NCBI GenBank assembly: GCA_007130125.1
Contig: SLSZ01000018.1
Coordinates: 4,200-68,199, forward strand
Length of the DNA: 64,000 nt
Reading direction: 5' to 3'
Source: Bacteroidales bacterium
Lineage (GTDB): Bacteria; Bacteroidota; Bacteroidia; Bacteroidales; UBA7960
The notes under the pieces: generated by a model
What the model was told of the DNA's origin: nothing
What the model saw: only the letters and a program-made list of their open reading frames with translations
The model's database searches: none
Program-made: the position numbers and the translations under genes
Shown: in pieces, positions 1-9,839 of the stretch
Layout: each line of letters begins with the position of its first letter
How positions within the stretch are numbered: the first letter of the stretch is position 1

Positions 1-1370
1 ACGTCTCTAATATTACCCATACCGGTAATAAACAGCATCAGCCTCTCAAGCCCCAGTCCGAAGCCACTATGTGGTGCTGTGCCAAACTTCCGGGTTTCAA
101 GATACCACCAGACATCATCAGGGTTTATGTTCATTTCTTTTATACGCTTAAACAGCTTAGCATAATCCTCTTCTCTTTGTGAACCACCAATTATTTCACC
201 GATCTTTGGGAAAAGAACATCAAGCGCCCTTACTGTTTTATCATCATCATTAAGTTTCATATAAAAAGCCTTAATATCTTTAGGATAATCTGTTAAGATA
301 ACTGGTTTGTTAAAATGTTGCTCCACCAGATAGCGTTCATGTTCCGATTGCAGGTCAACACCCCATGATACAGGAAACTCAAACTTTCTGCCTGAAGCTT
401 CCAGTATTTTAATTGCCTCGGTATATGAAAGCCTTTCAAATTTATTCTTAAGTATAAAGTTGAGCCTTTCAATAAGCTTTTTATCATACATTTTTTGCAA
501 AAATTCCAAATCATCCATTCTATTATCCATTACGTACCTAACCAGGTATTTTAGAAAATCCTCAGCCAAGTCCATATTGTCATGGATATCATAAAATGCC
601 ATTTCGGGTTCGATCATCCAGAATTCTGATAAATGCCTTGCAGTATTGGAATTTTCTGCTCTAAATGTAGGCCCAAAGGTATAAATGTTAGAAAGCGCCA
701 ATGCTCCAAGCTCGCCCTCCAATTGACCTGATACTGTAAGATTTGTCTCTTTCCCGAAAAAATCTTGCGAAAAATCTATATTACCGTCATCTTTCCTCGG
801 AAGGTTGTTGAAATCCAAAGTTGTAACCCTGAACATTGAGCCGGCACCTTCACAATCACTACCTGTAATGATGGGCGTATGCAAGTAATAAAAATCGTTA
901 TCATTGAAGTATTTATGAATAGCAAAAGACAGCGTGTGCCTTATTCTGAATATAGCACCAAAAGTATTTGTCCTTGGCCGTAAATGAGCTATTTCACGAA
1001 GGAATTCAAAAGAATGACCCTTTTTTTGTAATGGATACTTGTCGGGGTCAGCCTCGCCATAAAGTTCAATCTCTTTGGCCTGAATTTCATATGATTGCCC
1101 CTTACCCATCGATTCGACCAAAACTCCATTCACGGAAATACAAGCCCCTGTTGTGATCTTTTTTAATAAATCATCATTATTAAAGGCTTCAACATCCACT
1201 ACAACCTGTATATTATGAATTGTTGAACCATCATTCAGAGCTATAAATGCAACATTTTTAATTCCCCGGCGTGTGCGTACCCAACCTTTTACATTTACTT
1301 CCTTTTCCAGCAAATGACTGCAGTCTTTTTTTAATAACTCTGTAACCCTGGTTCTTTTTATCGTTTTCAT
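1..1370 (-). CDS. asnS: asparaginyl-tRNA synthetase; C-terminal end lies beyond the window edge
   Basis: Absent from the ORF track because it runs off the window. My translation of the minus strand from the ATG at 1370-1368 gives [13 protein letters not shown]...VKGWVRTRR (OB-fold N-domain), [24 protein letters not shown] (AsnRS-type class IIb motif) and [24 protein letters not shown] (motif 3). Confidence 0.9.
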   Translation of the reverse strand, partial: MKTIKRTRVTELLKKDCSHLLEKEVNVKGWVRTRRGIKNVAFIALNDGSTIHNIQVVVDVEAFNNDDLLKKITTGACISVNGVLVESMGKGQSYEIQAKEIELYGEADPDKYPLQKKGHSFEFLREIAHLRPRTNTFGAIFRIRHTLSFAIHKYFNDNDFYYLHTPIITGSDCEGAGSMFRVTTLDFNNLPRKDDGNIDFSQDFFGKETNLTVSGQLEGELGALALSNIYTFGPTFRAENSNTARHLSEFWMIEPEMAFYDIHDNMDLAEDFLKYLVRYVMDNRMDDLEFLQKMYDKKLIERLNFILKNKFERLSYTEAIKILEASGRKFEFPVSWGVDLQSEHERYLVEQHFNKPVILTDYPKDIKAFYMKLNDDDKTVRALDVLFPKIGEIIGGSQREEDYAKLFKRIKEMNINPDDVWWYLETRKFGTAPHSGFGLGLERLMLFITGMGNIRD

Positions 1371-1433
1371 TTAATCACCTGTTTTTTCTTTATAAAACAT
1401 TTATTTAGCTAAAACTGATCAAAATTTGAAGTG

Positions 1434-1441
1434 CAAAATTA
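1434..1441 (-). promoter_or_regulatory. candidate -7 promoter box (TAATTTTG) for asnS
   Basis: Matches the Bacteroidota -7 consensus TAnnTTTG on the minus strand, about 64 nt upstream of the asnS ATG. Confidence 0.4.
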
Positions 1442-1488
1442 AAACATTTTATTGTTATTACCCCTAACAATTTATCAAGGTTAATTCT

Positions 1489-1496
1489 TATTTTTG
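1489..1496 (+). promoter_or_regulatory. candidate -7 promoter box (TATTTTTG) for fbaA
   Basis: TAnnTTTG match about 70 nt upstream of the ATG at 1566. Confidence 0.4.
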
Positions 1497-1565
1497 CAGT
1501 ATGACAAAAACCAGGTATTGTAATCAATATACTAATTTTAATATTCTAAAATAAAATTTATAATT

Positions 1566-2645
1566 ATGTCAACAAATCTATTAGGACACATAAAGCCCGG
1601 TATTGCTACGGGAGATGAGGTGCAGGAAATATTGGAAATTGCAAACAAAAACGATTTTGCAATTCCCGCAGTAAATATAACAAGCAGCAATACAGCAAAT
1701 GCTGTGCTTGAAGCAGCCAGGGATGTGAACTCTCCGGTAGTAATTCAATTTTCTAATGGCGGAGCACATTTCTTTGCAGGCAAATCATTATCAAATGAAC
1801 AACAATCTGCAGCCATAGCCGGTGCAATATCGGGAGCACATCACATTGATAAGATGGCTAAGGAATATGGTGTAAGAGTAATCCTTCACACAGACCATGC
1901 TGCACGTAAATTGATCCCCTGGGTTGAAGGCCTTATAGATTATAGTGAAGACTATTTCAAGAAGCACGGCAAGCCTCTTTTCAGCTCACACATGCTTGAC
2001 CTATCGGAAGAACCACTCGAAGATAATGCCGAAACTTGTAAACATTTTCTTGAGCGCATGCACAAAATCGGAATGACTCTTGAGGTTGAGCTTGGCATTA
2101 CGGGAGGAGAAGAAGATGGGGTTGACCACTCTGATATTGACAGTTCAAAACTTTACACTCAGCCTGAAGAAGTAGCCTTTATGTATGAAACATTAAACCA
2201 GGTAAGCAACAGGTTTACAATTGCAGCTGCCTTTGGTAATGTACATGGAGTTTATAAACCCGGGAATGTTAAACTGCAGCCTGTAATACTAAAAAACTCA
2301 CAAAAACATATAGAAGAAAAGTTCAATACTGGTACTAATCCGGTACATTTTGTTTTTCATGGAGGCAGTGGCTCTACAAGACAAGAAATCAGGGAGGCTA
2401 TTTCCTACGGTGTAATTAAAATGAATATTGACACTGATACTCAATGGGCTTTCTGGGAAGGTGTAAAAAAATACTATAATAAACACAAAGATTATTTGCA
2501 AGGACAAATAGGTAACCCTGAGGGAGAAGACAAGCCTAATAAAAAATACTATGACCCAAGAGCTTGGATCCGAAAAGCTGAAGAATCAATGAGTGAAAGA
2601 CTAAAAGTAGCTTTTGAAGATTTGAACTGCATTAACAGAAGTTAG
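1566..2645 (+). CDS. fbaA: class II fructose-1,6-bisphosphate aldolase
   Basis: 359 aa. The N-terminus (FAIPAVNITSSNTANAVLEAA...SPVIIQFSNGG), the HTDHA and FHGGSGS motifs and the length fit FbaA-type class II aldolase. Confidence 0.93.
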   Translation: MSTNLLGHIKPGIATGDEVQEILEIANKNDFAIPAVNITSSNTANAVLEAARDVNSPVVIQFSNGGAHFFAGKSLSNEQQSAAIAGAISGAHHIDKMAKEYGVRVILHTDHAARKLIPWVEGLIDYSEDYFKKHGKPLFSSHMLDLSEEPLEDNAETCKHFLERMHKIGMTLEVELGITGGEEDGVDHSDIDSSKLYTQPEEVAFMYETLNQVSNRFTIAAAFGNVHGVYKPGNVKLQPVILKNSQKHIEEKFNTGTNPVHFVFHGGSGSTRQEIREAISYGVIKMNIDTDTQWAFWEGVKKYYNKHKDYLQGQIGNPEGEDKPNKKYYDPRAWIRKAEESMSERLKVAFEDLNCINRS

Positions 2646-2720
2646 TGAGTAACAGAAAAACAGGCAAGGAACACAACATCAGGATTACATTTTACGTATT
2701 GAATATAAATTTTTATTAAT

Positions 2721-3329
2721 ATGAAATTTAAATCAGTCTTTTTGTCATTTATCATTATTGTTTTATTCACTTCTTCAGGATTGTTTGGACAAAACATATT
2801 GGTAAACATTGACCAAATATGCATTAGTAAAGAAGAAGCTAAACTGCATGATTTAATCAACGATTATCGTAACAGCCGAGGCTTGGAACAAATTCCTCTA
2901 AGTATAAATTTGACGTTAGTTGCAAAAGCACATTCTGCAGATCTTTACTACAACAGCCCTGATGATGATTATTTATGCAACATGCACAGCTGGTCAGACA
3001 ATGGAAAATGGGAAGCCTGCTGTTACACATCTGATCATGCGAATGCAGAATGTATGTGGGATAAACCAAGGGAATTAACCAGCTACGAAGGTGATGGTTA
3101 TGAAATAGCCTTTTTCATTTCACCTGTAACTGCTGATATTTCAATGGCACACGAAGCATTGGAAAGCTGGAAGCTAAGCCCGGGACATAATAATACAATA
3201 ATAAACGCCGGGATTTTCCGTAATGCCAAATGGAATGCCATAGGGGTAGGAATTTATGAAGAATATGTAACCGTTTGGTTTGGAGAAGAACATGATAAAG
3301 ATGGCAAACCGGAAAAGTGTGTTGATTAG
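2721..3329 (+). CDS. secreted CAP/SCP (PR-1-like, YkwD-like) domain protein
   Basis: Signal peptide MKFKSVFLSFIIIVLFTSSGLFGQ. LINDYRNSRGL...LVAKAHSADL and SPGHNNTIIN...WNAIGVGI resemble the CAP-domain signature. Confidence 0.55.
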   Translation: MKFKSVFLSFIIIVLFTSSGLFGQNILVNIDQICISKEEAKLHDLINDYRNSRGLEQIPLSINLTLVAKAHSADLYYNSPDDDYLCNMHSWSDNGKWEACCYTSDHANAECMWDKPRELTSYEGDGYEIAFFISPVTADISMAHEALESWKLSPGHNNTIINAGIFRNAKWNAIGVGIYEEYVTVWFGEEHDKDGKPEKCVD

Positions 3330-3346
3330 TGGCAACAACTACCGGC

Positions 3347-3754
3347 TTATTCAAATTCAGGGAATTCGATTTTATCAAATACTATAAAGGCATATTCATA
3401 ATTTGAAGATATCTTTTCCAGGAACCTTCTGGCGTCGAGGCGTGTACGAAAATTCCCTACTCTGAGCTTAAAATAAGGTTCTTCATAAATAAGATATGAA
3501 CCAACTTCTGGGTATTTCTGATCAAATTTAACCTTCTCCCTTTCTGTTCTTAGTTTGGAGCGACTGCCCGAATCAGCATATATCTGAACCCTGAAGCCCG
3601 GTATGCCATCGCGGTTCTCATTAATTCTTTTGTGCTGTTCAATTAACCACTCTATCTTCTCATCCTGCACAACAGATTCGTTTACCCCGGGCTCTTGTGC
3701 AGATAATAAGAAGCCGATGAATAACAATACTGTCAGAAATATAAAATTTCTCAT
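3347..3754 (-). CDS. SPOR (peptidoglycan-binding) domain protein
   Basis: Signal peptide followed by GFRVQIYADSG...YFKLRVGNFRTRLDARRFLEKI, which is typical of a C-terminal SPOR repeat. Confidence 0.6.
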   Translation of the reverse strand: MRNFIFLTVLLFIGFLLSAQEPGVNESVVQDEKIEWLIEQHKRINENRDGIPGFRVQIYADSGSRSKLRTEREKVKFDQKYPEVGSYLIYEEPYFKLRVGNFRTRLDARRFLEKISSNYEYAFIVFDKIEFPEFE

Positions 3755-3809
3755 TTAATACCTGGTTAACATTAATACAAATATAACAATCTAATTTTAA
3801 GTAACAACA

Positions 3810-5285
3810 TTAATATGCTCTTGCAAAAATCACTCTTTGATTTGAAGGTTTGCCGGAGTAGATGCATTTACCTTGTTCGGTCTTATTGTCAATTGGAATA
3901 CATCTGATAGTTGCTTTGGTTTCTTCCTTAATTTTTTCTTCAGTTTCCGCGGTACCATCCCAGTGGGCCAAAATAAAGCCACCCTTATTATCCAGTATAT
4001 CAACAAATTCGTCCCATTTGTCGACCTTCACAGTATTATCTTCTCTAAATGCTAATGCTTTTTGGTAAAGATTATCCTGAATTGCTTCGAGCAAATGTTC
4101 AACCTTATTAGCAATATCAGCCTCCTGGTATGTTGCTTTCTCCAGTGTGTCCCGCCTTGCTACTTCTACAGTATTATTTTTCAGGTCTCTCATGCCAATA
4201 GCAATTCTTATAGGAACTCCTTTAAACTCATATTCGTTGAATTTCCATCCGGGTTTATATGTATCTCTGTCATCTAGTTTAACAGATATATTTTTAGCTT
4301 CAAGCATCCTTTTTATTTCACGTGCTTTTTCACATACTTGTTCCAGTTCTTCCTGGCTTTTGTATATTGGCACTATTGCCACCTGAATAGGAGCAAGTTT
4401 CGGTGGCAGAACCAACCCGTTATCATCAGAGTGGGCCATAATAAGAGCCCCCACAAGCCTAGTTGATACGCCCCATGAAGTAGCCCACACATATTCCATT
4501 TTACCTTCCTTACTGCTATATTTAACATCAAAGGCTTTTGCAAAATTTTGCCCTAAAAAATGTGATGTTCCTGCCTGCAATGCTTTACCATCCTGCATAA
4601 GAGCTTCAATGCAATAAGTATCAACGGCACCGGCAAAACGTTCGCTTTCCGATTTTAAGCCTTTGATTACAGGGATAGCCATGTGCTTCTCTGCAAACTC
4701 AGTATAAACTTCAAGCATTCTGATAGTTTCCTCAATAGCCTCTTCTTTTGTTGCATGTGCTGTATGTCCTTCCTGCCATAAAAACTCCGCTGTTCTTAAA
4801 AACATACGTGTACGCATCTCCCATCTCACAACATTAGCCCACTGATTAACAAGGATAGGAAGGTCGCGATATGATTGTACCCACTTACGATAGGTATCCC
4901 AGATAATAGTTTCAGATGTAGGCCTCACGATCAACTCCTCCTCAAGCTTTGCATTTTCATCAACAACAATACCCTTGCCAGAAGGGTCATTTTTAAGCCT
5001 GTAATGCGTTACAACAGCACATTCCTTGGCAAAGCCTTCAACATGATCCGCTTCTTTACTCAAAAATGATTTTGGTATGAAAATTGGAAAGTAGGCATTG
5101 GAATGTCCTGTATCTTTAAACATTTTGTCTAAAGCTGATTGCATTTTTTCCCAGATTGCATAGCCATAGGGCTTTATAACCATACATCCGCGCACTGCGG
5201 AAGTCTCTGCTAAATCAGCTTTCTGAACTATGTCATTATACCACTTGGAATAATTCTCTTCTCGTGTAAAAAAGTCTTTCGCCAT
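3810..5285 (-). CDS. proS: prolyl-tRNA synthetase (archaeal/eukaryote-like type)
   Basis: Class II motifs ([30 protein letters not shown]) and a C-terminal ProRS-specific domain ending in Y. I prefer the ATG at 5285 ([16 protein letters not shown]) over the 17-codon longer track ORF. Confidence 0.93.
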   Translation of the reverse strand: MAKDFFTREENYSKWYNDIVQKADLAETSAVRGCMVIKPYGYAIWEKMQSALDKMFKDTGHSNAYFPIFIPKSFLSKEADHVEGFAKECAVVTHYRLKNDPSGKGIVVDENAKLEEELIVRPTSETIIWDTYRKWVQSYRDLPILVNQWANVVRWEMRTRMFLRTAEFLWQEGHTAHATKEEAIEETIRMLEVYTEFAEKHMAIPVIKGLKSESERFAGAVDTYCIEALMQDGKALQAGTSHFLGQNFAKAFDVKYSSKEGKMEYVWATSWGVSTRLVGALIMAHSDDNGLVLPPKLAPIQVAIVPIYKSQEELEQVCEKAREIKRMLEAKNISVKLDDRDTYKPGWKFNEYEFKGVPIRIAIGMRDLKNNTVEVARRDTLEKATYQEADIANKVEHLLEAIQDNLYQKALAFREDNTVKVDKWDEFVDILDNKGGFILAHWDGTAETEEKIKEETKATIRCIPIDNKTEQGKCIYSGKPSNQRVIFARAY

Positions 5286-5333
5286 AAAGGTTTTGGTATG
5301 ATATTTGCTTATATTTATTATAGAATGAACGGG

Positions 5334-5341
5334 CAAATTTA
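5334..5341 (-). promoter_or_regulatory. candidate -7 box (TAAATTTG) for proS
   Basis: TAnnTTTG match on the minus strand, about 49 nt upstream of the ATG at 5285. Confidence 0.4.
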
Positions 5342-5535
5342 AAAAAATATGATCAAAAACAAACCATTTGAATTATATTTAAATTTAAACCGTTAAATAA
5401 TTATTAGAACTTTTAACACTGTTTTTTGGAAAAATATTAAAATTAATACTTAATTTGCATTTAGGTATAATATTAAATAAAAAAGAGTAAAAATATATAC
5501 AATATATAAACCATAATCCTAAGGAGGACCTAGTC

Positions 5536-7035
5536 ATGAAAACTTTAGCAAAATTAATTTTTACAGCAATTATAGGTCTGGTTCTTTCAGCATGTTCAAC
5601 AACATACGATGCTACAAGCACGTATGACGACATCTATTATTCGCCAAATACGACTAATGCCTTGGTAAGTAAAGATGCTAGGGTAGTTGAACTGCCAACG
5701 GACCGCAGAATATATAGCGACCAGGAGAATCAGCAATATGCCGATGAACAACAACATGTAGAAAAGGAAGCCTATGAAGAAGAGACGATAGACGATGAAT
5801 ATTTAGGCTATAAAGAATGCCCTGAAACAAACATCATACATTATGAAATAGCTTATGGTGTATTCGCACCTAACTATTATGATCCATATCTTGACTTCCT
5901 TGCAAGATCGAGATTCTACAGGTTTGATACAAGATTCTACTGGCACATGGGTCACTATTACGGTGGCTTTTATCACTATCCATGGTGGAGGACTAACTGG
6001 TATTACGGCTATCACTGGGGAATGGGCTCACCCTACTATTACTCATTCGGATATCCCGGATATTACGGCTATCCATGGTACTATAGCCATTACTACTCAC
6101 CATATTATTACGCAACAGAGTCCTATTACTACGGGCCTCGCGGTAGTGTTGGAGGTACAGTAGGCAGGACAGCTACCACGCAAGCCGGCACCAGAACTGC
6201 AACAAGCAGGCAAGCTACAATAGATTCGCGTACCGCGACTAGCAGAACTAGTGACTCAAGGCAAGCCGAAAGAATATCACCAGATGACGAAGGAAGAACA
6301 AGAGTTGCGGAAAGCAGGGAGGTGGCCAGAGAAAGAACTGAAGCCGAAGGCAGACAAATTGAAGGTTCAGCACGTGAAACAACCCAAACGGATGCTCAAA
6401 GAACTCGGGAACGTGAAGCTATAGCCCAGGAAAGTAGAACACCAAGACATTCTAGGCCCGAAAGCTCATCACGTGAAGCACGTGAAGAAGGTGACCGCAG
6501 GTACAGCAGGCCGGAGCAATCAACATCCGGAGAAAGACAACGACAAGAAACAAGCAGTCCTAACTTCAATATGCCCAGGACTTATACGTCACCAAGCTAC
6601 CAGCAGCCGAGGTCTACACAAGAGTATTCACGTACACCAAGCAGCAGAACACCTGCTACTACTACAAGAACCGAACAGCAGCAACGTGAAACCCAAAGAC
6701 AGCAGGCTGCTCCACAAGATAGCCAGAGAAGCACACCACGAAGTGTAAGGCCTCCTTCACAGCAGCAAAGAAGTACTCCTTCTGCCAGACCACAAACCAG
6801 GCCACAGCAAAGAAGTACTCCAAGCAGGTCTGTTAGCCCAAATAGAAGCAGTAGCCCAAGCAGAAGTTCCGGCGTTTCTCCGTCCAGGAGCAGCAGCTCA
6901 AGCAGAGGCTCCAGTGTTTCACCTTCAAGAAGCAGCAGCCCTAGCAGAAGCTCAGGAACTTCAAGATCATCAGGCAGTAGCAGCAGCAGCAGTAGCAGCA
7001 GTAGTAGCAGCAGAGGCAGTAGCAGAAACAACTAA
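5536..7035 (+). CDS. lipoprotein with a Tyr/Trp/Gly-rich block and a long Ser/Arg/Thr/Gln-rich low-complexity tail
   Basis: Lipobox LVLSAC (Cys20). By my count residues 131-200 hold about 25 Tyr and 6 Trp. Residues about 201-499 have almost no hydrophobic residues and end in a 12-Ser run. A canonical AGGAGG lies 8 nt upstream of the ATG. Confidence 0.6.
   Translation: MKTLAKLIFTAIIGLVLSACSTTYDATSTYDDIYYSPNTTNALVSKDARVVELPTDRRIYSDQENQQYADEQQHVEKEAYEEETIDDEYLGYKECPETNIIHYEIAYGVFAPNYYDPYLDFLARSRFYRFDTRFYWHMGHYYGGFYHYPWWRTNWYYGYHWGMGSPYYYSFGYPGYYGYPWYYSHYYSPYYYATESYYYGPRGSVGGTVGRTATTQAGTRTATSRQATIDSRTATSRTSDSRQAERISPDDEGRTRVAESREVARERTEAEGRQIEGSARETTQTDAQRTREREAIAQESRTPRHSRPESSSREAREEGDRRYSRPEQSTSGERQRQETSSPNFNMPRTYTSPSYQQPRSTQEYSRTPSSRTPATTTRTEQQQRETQRQQAAPQDSQRSTPRSVRPPSQQQRSTPSARPQTRPQQRSTPSRSVSPNRSSSPSRSSGVSPSRSSSSSRGSSVSPSRSSSPSRSSGTSRSSGSSSSSSSSSSSSRGSSRNN
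6976..7011 (+). repeat. imperfect (AGC/AGT)12 trinucleotide tract encoding poly-Ser
   Basis: agt agc agc agc agc agt agc agc agt agt agc agc, read directly. It sits within a wider AGC/AGA/CAG-rich zone from about 6150 to 7030. Confidence 0.9.
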
Positions 7036-7088
7036 TAATAAACTTGAACACTCAAAGTGTTGTTACTTAAACAATAAATTGTAAAGAA

Positions 7089-7139
7089 AAAGACGAGTGA
7101 CGGGGATTAACACAAATTAAACACCTGCCACTCGTCTTT
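7089..7139 (+). terminator. stem-loop (possible partial terminator or attenuator) after the low-complexity lipoprotein gene
   Basis: Perfect 11-bp inverted repeat aaagacgagtg (7089-7099) / cactcgtcttt (7129-7139) with a 29-nt loop. Only a short T tract follows, so termination efficiency is uncertain. Confidence 0.4.
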
Positions 7140-7167
7140 GATTAACTAACTACTAAAAACTCAACAG

Positions 7168-8676
7168 ATGAAGAAAGTCATAATCGTTTTGGCTATAATC
7201 ATTTTCTCATCAGCCAATAATATCTACTCTCAAAACATTACAGATGCTTTAAGATATTCGTACTTAACTCCGGGAGGTACAGCCAGGTATATGAGCATGG
7301 GTGGATCTTTCGGTGCACTAGGCGGAGAATTTTCATCTTTAAGCATTAATCCGGCAGGTATAGGAGTTTACAGAAGCTCTGAAATAACCTTCACCCCATC
7401 ACTATATTACAACAATATCGAATCAGACTACTACGGAACAAGCGCCCAGGACCATCAGTACAACTTTAACATTCATAATATAGGCGGTGTTTTTACTTTT
7501 TCACAAATAACCGACCCCGACACACGTGGCTGGAGAAATGTTAACTTTGGTATTGGTATCAACAGACATAACAACTTCAACTTCAGGCGTGTTTCGCAAG
7601 GCGTTAACCCTGACAACTCACTATTAACCGATTGGCTTGATCAAGCGATCTTTGATGAGGGAGGAGATTCTGAAAATTTTGATATCTTTTCAACAGCACT
7701 AGCCTGGGAAACCTACCTCTTCGACACTATGGATGAATATCCCTTTCTGACAATAGACCCTGAAGCAGGAGGATTGACCACAAGACAAGAAGCAAATATT
7801 AAAGGATCGGTCAGAGAATTTGTGTTAACAATGGGTGCAAACTATAATGACAGATTATATATAGGTGCAACTTTTGGCTTTCCAAACGTTAGTTATGAAG
7901 AAGCTATCAACCATCAGGAAACTGATACTGAAAACAACATAGATAATCTGAATTCATTTTCTTATAAATATAACCTGAGAACTACAGGTACAGGCTTAAA
8001 CTTCAAACTTGGAGCAATTTACCGTATTACGGATATAATAAGAATAGGAGCAGCACTACATACTCCAACATTTTATGATTTAACAGATGAATGGTGGGCA
8101 GAGGTCCATTCTGATATAACCTTTGAAAACAGAAATGACATACCTGATGGTGTTAACCCCGGTGAACGAGTTCAGTTTCAAGATAAATCAGAGCATCGGG
8201 GACGGTTCGATTACGAACTTAATTCACCTTTAAAGGCAATCGGAAGCCTGGGGTTCGTATTTGGCACAACTGGTTTGATAAATATTGATTATGAATATAT
8301 TGACTACACCAAAGCACGGTTGAGAAGTGATGACTATATGTTTACAGATGAAAATAACGTTATCAGCAATTCACTTCAAGCCCAGCACAATATAAAAGTA
8401 GGAGGAGAATTAAGGCTGCAACCATTAAACCCGGTGATCTTCAGAGCAGGGTATGCTTATTATTCAAACCCTTACAAATCAGACATAAATAATACCGAAC
8501 AATCAGTAATATCAGCAGGAATAGGAATGAGAGAAAGAAACTACTTTCTTGATTTTGCATATTTGTACAGTATTCAAAGTGAAAATTACTACCCCTACGG
8601 ATCTGAATATACAGACCCTATGAAGAATGAATATAACAGAAATGGCTTCTTGTTAACCCTGGGACTACGATTCTGA
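7168..8676 (+). CDS. FadL/OMPP1/PorV-superfamily outer-membrane beta-barrel protein
   Basis: Signal peptide. N-terminal motif GGTARYMSMGGSFGALGGEFSSLSINPAGIG resembles the FadL/PorV family hatch region. Alternating beta pattern and a C-terminal LTLGLRF ending in Phe, which is an OMP signature. Confidence 0.55.
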   Translation: MKKVIIVLAIIIFSSANNIYSQNITDALRYSYLTPGGTARYMSMGGSFGALGGEFSSLSINPAGIGVYRSSEITFTPSLYYNNIESDYYGTSAQDHQYNFNIHNIGGVFTFSQITDPDTRGWRNVNFGIGINRHNNFNFRRVSQGVNPDNSLLTDWLDQAIFDEGGDSENFDIFSTALAWETYLFDTMDEYPFLTIDPEAGGLTTRQEANIKGSVREFVLTMGANYNDRLYIGATFGFPNVSYEEAINHQETDTENNIDNLNSFSYKYNLRTTGTGLNFKLGAIYRITDIIRIGAALHTPTFYDLTDEWWAEVHSDITFENRNDIPDGVNPGERVQFQDKSEHRGRFDYELNSPLKAIGSLGFVFGTTGLINIDYEYIDYTKARLRSDDYMFTDENNVISNSLQAQHNIKVGGELRLQPLNPVIFRAGYAYYSNPYKSDINNTEQSVISAGIGMRERNYFLDFAYLYSIQSENYYPYGSEYTDPMKNEYNRNGFLLTLGLRF

Positions 8677-8694
8677 TTTTGATATAAACTTAAT

Positions 8695-8740
8695 AAAAAA
8701 CCCGGCATTGTATCTTTTATAATGCCGGGCTTTTTATTTT
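8695..8740 (+). terminator. rho-independent terminator
   Basis: cccggcatt (8701-8709) / aatgccggg (8721-8729) stem followed by a T-run, 19 nt after the stop at 8676. Confidence 0.7.
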
Positions 8741-8981
8741 CTCAAATTCCCGAAATTTTCAACTAATGTTTTCATAATTTCACTTATTGGTTTTTTATCT
8801 AAATTTCTTGTTTTTATAACAATAGTTTATTAATTTTGGTAGGTTAATTTTGTCAGGCCTTTCTTTTTATCCATTTACTAAAAATAACTCATTTTCTTAA
8901 CTGACAAATTAATTCTTTCCAGACCTGTTTTTCTTTTACAAAAGTGCATCTTAATTATTAACAATTAACACCTTAATTATT

Positions 8982-9782
8982 ATGAAAACATTAATAATAG
9001 TTTTACATGCATTTCTGGTATTAGCTTTTTCTTCCTGCTATTCATATCAAGCATATGATATGAATAAAGGAATGGAGAAATATCTAAAGTCAAACAAAGC
9101 TTTACCGGTTGAAAAAAGTTATGTTGGAAACAGCATAAATGTAGAGTTGATAGCTCCGGAAATAGTTGGATGCTATTATGAAAAAGTTCTTGACGAAGTT
9201 GAAAGAAAGGAAAAAGGCCCTAATAGGTGTTTAGGTTTCCCTATGGAGAATAAAAGCCTTCTGGGAGAAATAAAGGAAAAGGCAGATGCTGATGGTGCCA
9301 AATCGCACCTGGGTATCGTATTTCAAAATTTCGGAAAACAAGCTCAAGTGGCTCTTGAAAGGCACTTAAACGCCTATTATGATGAAGTAAATGTCAACCT
9401 ATCCACCACAAGTGTTGATAAAAGGAGTTTTGTCAACACTAATATGGATTATTATTCAGAAAACATGAGAACTGCAAATAAATCCATGTATGTTAATATG
9501 ACCATTGTTGGTGAAGGCATTGAACCTATAGACATAACAGGGGTTGCAATTAATCAAATGGGAAGCGGGCACCTGGCTTGGCTAATACCATTAGGTATAA
9601 TAACTTTCCCTCTTGGTACCATAATTGGTTCGATAATTTTTAATAATAATGAATATGCTCTCATTACTTATACAGCAGCTGAAGCTATGGATAAAGCAGC
9701 AGCTGAAATAAGCAAAACACTTGCTGAACTACCTGAAACCGCCCAATTGAAGTCGGTTGAAATATATATTGCACTAGAATAA
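8982..9782 (+). CDS. hypothetical lipoprotein with a C-terminal hydrophobic hairpin
   Basis: Lipobox LAFSSC and a hydrophobic stretch HLAWLIPLGIITFPLGTIIGSIIF. No family recognised. Confidence 0.45.
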   Translation: MKTLIIVLHAFLVLAFSSCYSYQAYDMNKGMEKYLKSNKALPVEKSYVGNSINVELIAPEIVGCYYEKVLDEVERKEKGPNRCLGFPMENKSLLGEIKEKADADGAKSHLGIVFQNFGKQAQVALERHLNAYYDEVNVNLSTTSVDKRSFVNTNMDYYSENMRTANKSMYVNMTIVGEGIEPIDITGVAINQMGSGHLAWLIPLGIITFPLGTIIGSIIFNNNEYALITYTAAEAMDKAAAEISKTLAELPETAQLKSVEIYIALE

Positions 9783-9839
9783 CCCTAAAAACAGCAATAG
9801 TTAAATAATAAATATCAAAACCCTTAATATTGAATAAAC

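Noticed and set aside
5385-5633. 82-aa minus-strand ORF in the proS / lipoprotein intergenic region
   Set aside because: It is an AT-rich promoter region giving a low-complexity translation, and it overlaps the start and signal peptide of the plus-strand lipoprotein gene.
6597-7031. 144-aa Leu-rich ORF on the minus strand
   Set aside because: It is the antisense reading of the AGC/CAG/AGA-rich repeat zone (GCT/CTG give Leu/Cys runs). The low-complexity mirror frame lies entirely inside the better-supported plus-strand gene.
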